A DNA stretch of 64,000 bases from a virus. Its lineage: Duplodnaviria; Heunggongvirae; Uroviricota; Caudoviricetes. The position numbers and the translations under genes are program-made. Of the stretch, positions 56,924 through 64,000 are shown piece by piece. Position 1 is the stretch's first letter. Every line of letters starts with the position of its first letter. Location of the stretch: the IMG/VR virus record IMGVR_UViG_3300042554_002914. One strand, given 5' to 3'. Below the pieces are notes generated by a model that did no database searches, was not told the DNA's origin, and was given only the letters and a program-made list of their open reading frames with translations.

Positions 56924-58003
56924 TCATGGGAATATTGTATTTGACCCGCCGATGTCGTAGCCACCCGCATCATTGGGTTGTATGACTTGTGGGGTGCCCC
57001 CCAGGTCTTCATAATTACTATCTGTTATCCAGTTGGAGTTGGTATTATTTTGTCCTGTGGCGCCATAACCCAATCGGTAATCTGGGGATTGATCCCCGGC
57101 TGGGTCTGTATTCCAACCGCCGAAACCCTTTCCGGATACACCATTATACCTTTGTGGAATACGCCATGTTCGCATTATACCGCGTTTAGTATCAATAGCA
57201 GAGTCCCCGTGTCCTGCCCGAATAGCAGTCATTTGCCGTTCGGCATCTAGTTGCTTAAGAGCCTCTACATAATCACTTTTGATATCATCTCTTTTACGGA
57301 CTGTATCAAGGTAGTATCTAGCAATAATTAATGCAGTCCTTCTGCGACTACTGGTAATTAGTACTTTGCCAGCCTTTCCAGACTGCTCAATATAAGAGTC
57401 AATTAGAGAATTAGCATCCTCAATGGCCATCCTGAGCTTAACTATGTTAACGCTAGTCGCAGAAGCATCATCGATATTTGTCAGTTGAACGGCTTCTTTA
57501 AGGCCGAAGGCTGTGATGAAATCATCCGGGGATGCGCTACGTGGGTCTGAACGGTTGGGCGTTAAAACTCCTGAGCGATCCTGATAGGGGAAGCCATAGC
57601 CGCCGATGGTTTGCCCTAGGTTAGACCCTTTTTGGGTGCCATCGGTCTTTTCGTCAGGGGCTAACGTATTTTTAACAGCAAACCTATAAAAGGCCCTGAC
57701 GGCATTCCTCTTTTTGATTACATCATTTGAACCCGGTGGTATGGGCCCCCTGAGGCATACATTTAGGTCTAGTGGTGGTTCATACGAAACAAAGACTTCA
57801 TCCCAAGGGGACAATGCAGAATCTAACCCCAGTGAGATCATCGTATCTGAGGAGTACACTATGGTGTTCACCCCATATTGACCGAAGCATACTGTGAAGC
57901 TGGAGACGGGGACAGGTATGGTAATGTCTAATGGCCCATCAAAGAATAGGACAACATTATTTGGGGTCGTTAAAGTGGATTCCTTTAATTTGGGTATTGC
58001 CAT
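56924..58003 (-). CDS. Mu Gp36/DUF1320-like head-tail adaptor with N-terminal SwmB-like domain
   Basis: AIEDANSLIDSYI...IARYYLD...Y.EALKQL; N-terminus L.FDGPL...P.SSFTV...V.VSY.PP. Confidence 0.75.
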   Translation of the reverse strand: MAIPKLKESTLTTPNNVVLFFDGPLDITIPVPVSSFTVCFGQYGVNTIVYSSDTMISLGLDSALSPWDEVFVSYEPPLDLNVCLRGPIPPGSNDVIKKRNAVRAFYRFAVKNTLAPDEKTDGTQKGSNLGQTIGGYGFPYQDRSGVLTPNRSDPRSASPDDFITAFGLKEAVQLTNIDDASATSVNIVKLRMAIEDANSLIDSYIEQSGKAGKVLITSSRRRTALIIARYYLDTVRKRDDIKSDYVEALKQLDAERQMTAIRAGHGDSAIDTKRGIMRTWRIPQRYNGVSGKGFGGWNTDPAGDQSPDYRLGYGATGQNNTNSNWITDSNYEDLGGTPQVIQPNDAGGYDIGGSNTIFP

Positions 58004-58005
58004 GA

Positions 58006-58419
58006 TTATCTCAGAATTAAGTAATCGTCAGGTTCATTGGTTACGGGGAAGAAATTCTCTGATACCCAAAATGGATAGGCATCTCTATTGACTCTGACTA
58101 GGAAGCCTTTCCCCTCCGGGTACAAGCAATTGACCAATACCTGGGCAGCAAGTCTCAGGGGCCATTCGTCTCTCCAGTTAATCTCCCAATGCTCTACTGT
58201 AATAAGATTACCCACAAGAGTGTAATCGATTCTGGACACAATATAGCCGCCCCCGAAATCAGGTGCAGGATAGTCAAAAGTTTGCTGCAATGATTCATAG
58301 GGTTCTCCGTCGTATTTACCGAGGATGTATCTTCCTTGTTCTGGGCCATTTTCATAGTATAGAAAATCTTGAAAGGCAAATAGGTCTTGGCGATAAATTG
58401 AAGGTCGGCGGATAGCCAT
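58006..58419 (-). CDS. Hypothetical protein
   Basis: 137-aa ORF in the structural operon. Confidence 0.65.
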   Translation of the reverse strand: MAIRRPSIYRQDLFAFQDFLYYENGPEQGRYILGKYDGEPYESLQQTFDYPAPDFGGGYIVSRIDYTLVGNLITVEHWEINWRDEWPLRLAAQVLVNCLYPEGKGFLVRVNRDAYPFWVSENFFPVTNEPDDYLILR

Positions 58420-58421
58420 TG

Positions 58422-58841
58422 TTAAATCGCAGCGAGTACTGTGAATGTGCCATTCTGGGTTACAATTCTAGTTGGTCTAAACTCTTTACCAGCGACAATC
58501 AGGCGGTCGGTATTTGTAATATCATTTACCCTGAGGGTTTGTTCGCAATTTACGGGTTGCTCGCAGTTTACGGGTTGTTCGCAATTTACTGCCTTAAGAA
58601 AGTTAGTTGGGACCCCGACGCTAAACAAGTCTTTACTAAGCAAGCTGTCACCTACAGAAAATGATACATCGGCAAATATGCTTCGAGACGCATAAATTGA
58701 ATCATAAACCGACAAATTATTAACTACACCAAGGGACTGATAAAAAACTGGAGCTAACGGGTTTGTGGCACTTTGACCGAACCCTTGATAGATTGGGAAC
58801 CCTGGGTCATAATCAGCGTTGTAGTTACTTTCGAATGCCAT
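58422..58841 (-). CDS. Hypothetical structural protein (VNCEQP x3 repeat), possibly spike-associated
   Basis: 139-aa ORF after the gpV-like gene; 18-bp tandem repeat. Confidence 0.6.
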   Translation of the reverse strand: MAFESNYNADYDPGFPIYQGFGQSATNPLAPVFYQSLGVVNNLSVYDSIYASRSIFADVSFSVGDSLLSKDLFSVGVPTNFLKAVNCEQPVNCEQPVNCEQTLRVNDITNTDRLIVAGKEFRPTRIVTQNGTFTVLAAI

Positions 58842-60034
58842 TATTTGAAGGGGTTTAGTGCGGAAGTCAAAGATGAGTAAACAGTGTTTATAGTGCCTTG
58901 GGGATTTTGTAACGTTTTTAGTATGAAATTAGTTTGAGGGGAATACGATTGTAGGGCCGCCAATGCAGTTGACTGAATAAATGTTGTGGGATCTGATATG
59001 ATGTTCCTTGCAGCCTCAGCGATAGAGAGGGCTTTTTGTGCTGTTTTTAAAGCGGTCTCCGCAAAGTTTATGCCAGGTATTGCTGGTAGAGTCGCTGGAA
59101 TTTGTGGAGTCCATGCGGTAGTAAAAGAGCCTTTAATTTGGCCTTCTATGTACCCGGCATCCTTCCTCACAAAATCCATCGCAGCACCCATGTCTAGGAG
59201 CTTAGGGTCTTCGAAAGGGAATGGTTGTTTATCGCTCATCGGTGGAGGATTCCAATTAGCATCGACCCCAAATGGGTTACCAGTGGGCGCAGTCCCGAAA
59301 GCTGAGTATCTTTTGCACTGGCCATTGGATGTTGGAAAAGTACAGTCGCCTACCGTCCCGGCTTGAATGGGGTTTTGCCTATTTCCAGAAGAGTCTGGTG
59401 GTTGAATGGAATCATTAGCCCCTGCGTGTCCATGTTGCAAGTCACAATGCCTTACCCAGATATACTCACCGTTTCTTTTCAGACAGACGCATACCCAGTC
59501 AGAACTCATGGGGCCATCCTCTTCTATGACAGAGCAACCACGGTTCTCCTTGCAAGGTGGTGGCAGGCTCCCTGAGGGGTAAGCCGGGAGGCGGGTCATG
59601 GAAGAGTTATTAGGAATTGTCAACCCCCCTGCCGCTTGTTCTGTTAGGTTTTGTGGGTCGTAAAGGGTATCACTCAAGATGGCATAGTGATATTGGCCAT
59701 TACTTAGTATGACATTTACTCTGGACCCTACCAAGTCAGGGGGCTGCTTACCGACAAATGCAGGAGAAGCGTCAATCCAATGGGAATATGAATTTCCTTT
59801 ACCGTCCCTTGGACCCGAAAATAAACCGGCCCCTTCAATTTCAGGGATATCCTCCGGGTTCATAGCATCAAATAGTACCCTCACCCTACCGAGATTCTCA
59901 GGGTCATCGACATCGACTATTTTTCCCCTAACCATCCCCCTAGGTAAACCAGCATACTTAGCATTGGATTCTGCAAATAGCATCAACCTGGCTAAATTGT
60001 GAGTTAGCGGTATGCAACTGAGACTTTGTGCCAT
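58841..60034 (-). CDS. Baseplate spike protein (gpV / Gp5 OB-fold)
   Basis: RGKIVDVDDPENLGRVRV...W....P OB-fold signature. Confidence 0.8.
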   Translation of the reverse strand: MAQSLSCIPLTHNLARLMLFAESNAKYAGLPRGMVRGKIVDVDDPENLGRVRVLFDAMNPEDIPEIEGAGLFSGPRDGKGNSYSHWIDASPAFVGKQPPDLVGSRVNVILSNGQYHYAILSDTLYDPQNLTEQAAGGLTIPNNSSMTRLPAYPSGSLPPPCKENRGCSVIEEDGPMSSDWVCVCLKRNGEYIWVRHCDLQHGHAGANDSIQPPDSSGNRQNPIQAGTVGDCTFPTSNGQCKRYSAFGTAPTGNPFGVDANWNPPPMSDKQPFPFEDPKLLDMGAAMDFVRKDAGYIEGQIKGSFTTAWTPQIPATLPAIPGINFAETALKTAQKALSIAEAARNIISDPTTFIQSTALAALQSYSPQTNFILKTLQNPQGTINTVYSSLTSALNPFK

Positions 60035-60381
60035 TACTTATGCGCTGAGAATCTAGGGGTATTTCTAAGTTGGGTGCGCTTTGGTTGGGGTTTGACTATC
60101 TTTTGTTCCCCTTGAGCTACTTGTGCCACTTGTGTGTCATCAACCGTAAATTGAATTAATTCATTTTTGTCTAACTCTGCAGTTTCCTCAGGCACTTTTG
60201 GTTTAGAGAGGGCTTTAAGAACTGGGCTTAGTTGCTTGGGGGTTATTTCCAAAATTGGTTCAGGGCTTTCGGGGGTCTCGGGGTTCCCAAGGGTCCCAAG
60301 GCTCCCAAGGCTCTCAGCGCCCTCGGCGCTATCAGGAGTCAAATCCTGAGTCTCATCCAAGTTTTTTCTTTTGGTGGTCAT
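60034..60381 (-). CDS. Hypothetical low-complexity protein
   Basis: 115-aa ORF preceded by GGGTAAA. Confidence 0.55.
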   Translation of the reverse strand: MTTKRKNLDETQDLTPDSAEGAESLGSLGTLGNPETPESPEPILEITPKQLSPVLKALSKPKVPEETAELDKNELIQFTVDDTQVAQVAQGEQKIVKPQPKRTQLRNTPRFSAHK

Positions 60382-60434
60382 AATAATTTGTTTGTATGGT
60401 GGATTTTTACCCTGACTTTATTGTTACAGATCAA

Positions 60435-63329
60435 TTATGGGCAATCCGGGCACGGGGTCAAATAGAGGGAGGTTCTTTGCGTACATTTTTTCCAAGATGT
60501 AGGATTAAATGGGTCGAAGAAAGTTTCATCAGCGGCCGACAAATCAGCAGCAAAATACGCATAGCCGACCTTATAGTGGTTGGCGTCTACTCTGTAAGAT
60601 TCTTCGTTTATGACACAAGTAGTTGGAATTTTATAGATACTGGAATCCCAGAGTGGTGCGTCTACTCTTTCGATAATTGAATCTTCCAAGTCATTAGCCA
60701 AGTGGCCAGATAGTCTTCCGCATTCGTCAGCTCTGTAGTAATCCCCTTCCCAATCCCCATAGACTTTATCTGATGTGGCTTCAGTGGTCGCTCTACGGTC
60801 GTGGAGGGGAGCGTATTCCACTATTTTGGACCCTGAGAAATCATCAAAATCAATGTCCGCACCCGGCAATATGGCGGCATTTAGGTAGTCCTCTTCCAGA
60901 CCTAGGCCGTACCTTACATTGGAATATAAGTAAGATTCAGAATACAGATAAGTAGGACTCGATGGTTCTAAACCGTATAGAAACACATCGTCGTAAATTC
61001 TTGGTTGCTCCTGCTGAGGGGGACACTCCATGTCTTCTGGAGATAAAGGGGACCCCCATAAGCCAAAATCTTGGCAAATCAGGTTTACTTTTTGCCACTC
61101 TGGTCCGTTCCTTTGGTAGGCTGGTGGTAACCTTAGGAAATAATTCTCCCAGTTATCATCGCCTACTCCTGAATTTAAATCCGCCACGAGGGCATTGTCA
61201 TGCATGTCCAACTCTGGTACGGAATTGGCCACATACATGGGCTTCGTCTTCCAAATTCTCAAAGAAGTAGAAGCGTCCATTACGTTGGGGGACATGTAGA
61301 TTTGTAACCCACTGAATACCAAGTTGGAGATGTCGTGTCTAAATGTGTAAGTCAGCGAATCCGTTATTATTACTGTCGGGAGTTTAACTTTTCCCTCGAA
61401 AGTCATTGTATTGTAGGAAAAATTAAAAGTTCCATTCAGGCTGTCAACTGTAAAAACTATTTGAAAGTCCTCAGTTTGATACGGAATAGATGGCTCTAGT
61501 GGTACACCGTTACAAAATACCTTAACAGCATCAAAATTGACAGCTGATGATGGGACAGCAGGGGTGAAACTATTGATGTCTACCCAGTCTCCTTGTAGTT
61601 CCCATTGGGTGCCCACCAACTCCCACCGATTATAATAGAAGATAGATGCCCCCCTTGTCTGTGGGTCGGGGTTACTGTAATCCCAAGATAATTCCCCATC
61701 TTGTAGCTCATCGCCAAAGAGACGGGTATCTCCGATGTACCTTAATTTGGACGGGGGTGAAATATACCAAGGACTCCTCGGCTGATTATCCCACCTTGAT
61801 AAGATCAGGGGGTAAGGGCCCCCCAGGTTTGCCAATAGGTTGGCAATCACATAGCTACTAGTGGATGGGCTAAGGGATGCCGAATTCTCTAGTTTGATAA
61901 TTACCCTTGCAGGTAAAATGGGGGCGTCTATGGAAAAGTTTGCCTCATCAGGGTATACTACGGACTGCAGCTGCCAGTGCCCCTCATCAGATGGTTTGAA
62001 CAGGTCGATTTGGCAAGTACCGGATATGACCCCAGACAGACCTATAACTCCATCAGCTTCTGATAGCCCGGTGGCGTCTAAGATCCTAACGACTGCCCCG
62101 ACTGTAATTGGGTCCGTATAGCTAGAGAAACTATTATAATCAGGGAATAAGAAATCAGGGATTAAGGGGAAATTACCATCTTCAGGATACTCTATCTCCA
62201 CCCATGGGCCACAGTTGAAGCCGCCCCCGTCGTAAACCGAAAATGATCCTGTCTGGCTATTCCACCAGATTTGATTTTGTTTTGGGGACGGGGCAGTAGG
62301 GCTTACTGCTGCCTTCTGGTAGTAAATGAAATTTAAAATGTCATTAAATGGTATCTTTCTCTCCACTGGCGCCAAATACAGGGAGTTTCTTTCATCGAAA
62401 CCATGTAAGCTAAGGCTATCAAATACGAAATTAAATGGTAAAAATCCGCCCTTATTTCCCCAGACCCCTGTAAAATTATCTAAGACGGATTTGCAATTCC
62501 AGTCACTATTGAATGACCAAGGCAGTACCAGGAAAGTAGAGCTGTACTCATCATACTTTAACAGGGCATTAATTCCAAGACCTTCTAATTTTAGATTTAG
62601 GGGGATGTCTAGGAACCATGACTTTGTTTCAAAACTATAGGTTGGATTTATGGTAACTTCTTCAGAAATGATGAGCTGTACGGGTTTATCAAAGTATAGT
62701 CTGGACCCCGCATAAAATATGTTGAATACATACGGTAAAGAGTATTGGTTATCAAAATCTGGGTGGAGAACTATGGAACCAGTCTCATTTACTAGGTTAA
62801 CCAAAAATGAAGCATCAGCAGAGATGCCTGGAGTTGGCCTATAGAATGGGGCTGGTCGAGTACTTTCTATATCAATTTTAATTTGGCTACCGATAGAGTA
62901 ATCAAGTATGAATTGATCATTAAACTCGCTAATAAACAACGATAAGGATTGGCTATTTTTTTGGACACCCTTTATTTCGTACGAGTAATCACCCAATGTC
63001 AAAATTTGACCGATTTGTATTCTGTTATCAGATTCAACGACAATGGAGCCTTCCCAGTTCCTAATTTCTTTGACGGCAGGAAATACAGAGCTATTGTAAA
63101 CACCAAAAGTACCACCCAAGAGTTGTCGTTTTTGGTCTATGTTTGAAGCAAGACTAAACCAGTATTCATCACCGCTCCAACCTAATAGCTGAGCTAACCA
63201 ATCTAATTGGTTACTAACTCTGGTTCCAACTTGTTGGACAGATGAAGCTTGACTTTCTGATAGGAATGGGTTGGAATACCCATAGAGTTCGTAGTCACCT
63301 ATGTTAAAATTTGGGGAAATTTTGGTCAT
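60435..63329 (-). CDS. Large putative virion structural/baseplate protein (964 aa)
   Basis: Long ORF in the structural module; LDWLAQLLGW resembles baseplate wedge motifs. Confidence 0.6.
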   Translation of the reverse strand: MTKISPNFNIGDYELYGYSNPFLSESQASSVQQVGTRVSNQLDWLAQLLGWSGDEYWFSLASNIDQKRQLLGGTFGVYNSSVFPAVKEIRNWEGSIVVESDNRIQIGQILTLGDYSYEIKGVQKNSQSLSLFISEFNDQFILDYSIGSQIKIDIESTRPAPFYRPTPGISADASFLVNLVNETGSIVLHPDFDNQYSLPYVFNIFYAGSRLYFDKPVQLIISEEVTINPTYSFETKSWFLDIPLNLKLEGLGINALLKYDEYSSTFLVLPWSFNSDWNCKSVLDNFTGVWGNKGGFLPFNFVFDSLSLHGFDERNSLYLAPVERKIPFNDILNFIYYQKAAVSPTAPSPKQNQIWWNSQTGSFSVYDGGGFNCGPWVEIEYPEDGNFPLIPDFLFPDYNSFSSYTDPITVGAVVRILDATGLSEADGVIGLSGVISGTCQIDLFKPSDEGHWQLQSVVYPDEANFSIDAPILPARVIIKLENSASLSPSTSSYVIANLLANLGGPYPLILSRWDNQPRSPWYISPPSKLRYIGDTRLFGDELQDGELSWDYSNPDPQTRGASIFYYNRWELVGTQWELQGDWVDINSFTPAVPSSAVNFDAVKVFCNGVPLEPSIPYQTEDFQIVFTVDSLNGTFNFSYNTMTFEGKVKLPTVIITDSLTYTFRHDISNLVFSGLQIYMSPNVMDASTSLRIWKTKPMYVANSVPELDMHDNALVADLNSGVGDDNWENYFLRLPPAYQRNGPEWQKVNLICQDFGLWGSPLSPEDMECPPQQEQPRIYDDVFLYGLEPSSPTYLYSESYLYSNVRYGLGLEEDYLNAAILPGADIDFDDFSGSKIVEYAPLHDRRATTEATSDKVYGDWEGDYYRADECGRLSGHLANDLEDSIIERVDAPLWDSSIYKIPTTCVINEESYRVDANHYKVGYAYFAADLSAADETFFDPFNPTSWKKCTQRTSLYLTPCPDCP

Positions 63330-63330
63330 T

Positions 63331-64000
63331 TTATTCTACAATGATTAAATCATCAGATAGTGCTAAGTATTCTTGATTCATGCAAGTATTGGGGGTCATC
63401 CACAGGGTCGAATAATTATCCACTTGCTCGTATAGGTTAATCAAGTTGTCATCCCATGGTCTTGTAAGCCATTCTGCAATGGGTTGGTAATCTGCATTTA
63501 CAGACTCTCTGATGTCAAAAATTTTCTTTACTTCATAACTCGGGGAAATATCAACTTGAGCAAGTTTACAATAGGTGACCGGAACCTCTTTTCCAGCACC
63601 ATTGATTACTGTAGATGGCAGACTGCCTAGTGGGTGAGCAACAAGGGATACTTCTGATTTACCCGTTGATGGTCTCCTCAGGAGGGAGATAGTCCCTGAA
63701 ACAGAAACAGATTGTATGGAAATTTTGGGGTCTGACCACTCGATTTTCCAACCAGTATTAAAAGTAGGTATTGCAATTTTAAACGTAAAGAATTGACCTA
63801 TACTATCCCTACTAACTTCCACTGTTTCCACAAAAATCCAATCCGGATCAGGGCAGTATGGATTATCAGGGTGCGGTTGCCCAGGGTTATCAGGATCTTC
63901 GTTAAGACAATTAGTTATAGATAGGGTGGCGTTGCCCGTAATTACAGTGTTAGGTGGACAACGGAAAGTTATCTCAGAAAAAGAAGCCGCCCTGGGGAAT
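63331..64000 (-). CDS. Putative structural protein, 5' end beyond window
   Basis: The frame is open from the window end (FPRAASFSEITFRCP...) through the track's 63831 GTG to the stop at 63331. Confidence 0.7.
   Translation of the reverse strand, partial: FPRAASFSEITFRCPPNTVITGNATLSITNCLNEDPDNPGQPHPDNPYCPDPDWIFVETVEVSRDSIGQFFTFKIAIPTFNTGWKIEWSDPKISIQSVSVSGTISLLRRPSTGKSEVSLVAHPLGSLPSTVINGAGKEVPVTYCKLAQVDISPSYEVKKIFDIRESVNADYQPIAEWLTRPWDDNLINLYEQVDNYSTLWMTPNTCMNQEYLALSDDLIIVE

Overview
A 64-kb segment of a large tailed phage genome, almost entirely on the minus strand. It is very probably a cyanophage (hli, a likely nblA, speD, mazG, phoH, thyX, cyanophage-type fibre proteins). Its morphogenesis set does not look T4-like: Mu Gp36-like neck protein, gpV/Gp5-like spike, two tandem large terminases and a sigma70-type sigma factor. 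Layout: 1-14.7 kb nucleotide metabolism, auxiliary and replication genes; 14.8-22.7 kb tail genes; 22.8-27.8 kb nucleases and thyX; 27.9-42.6 kb tail fibres; 42.7-50.6 kb a cluster of small putative virion/effector proteins; 50.7-64 kb phoH, terminases, neck and baseplate. Selfish elements are dense. nrdA has a mini-intein and thyX a full intein. Two free-standing homing endonucleases flank nrdB, next to a truncated nrdB duplicate. Three group I introns split one SF3-helicase gene, which I reconstructed by hand to 681 aa. The most interesting candidate system is a family of proteins sharing an N-terminal Cys4 module (CxxGKSCxxxCIxxxxVCxV) fused to different enzymatic domains (protein kinase, HExxH metallopeptidase). 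Two members are followed by about 60-aa ORFs, one member appears internally deleted and one frameshifted, and neighbouring genes share other N-terminal leaders. This looks like a polymorphic, possibly capsid-packaged, effector/immunity system. A strand-specific GGGTAAA motif lies about 23-42 nt upstream of many genes and is a candidate phage promoter. Two notes on the supplied ORF track: it omits nrdA (which runs off the left end), and it gives the wrong strand for 27044..27796, which reads on +. All assignments come from motif recognition by eye; no database searches were run.
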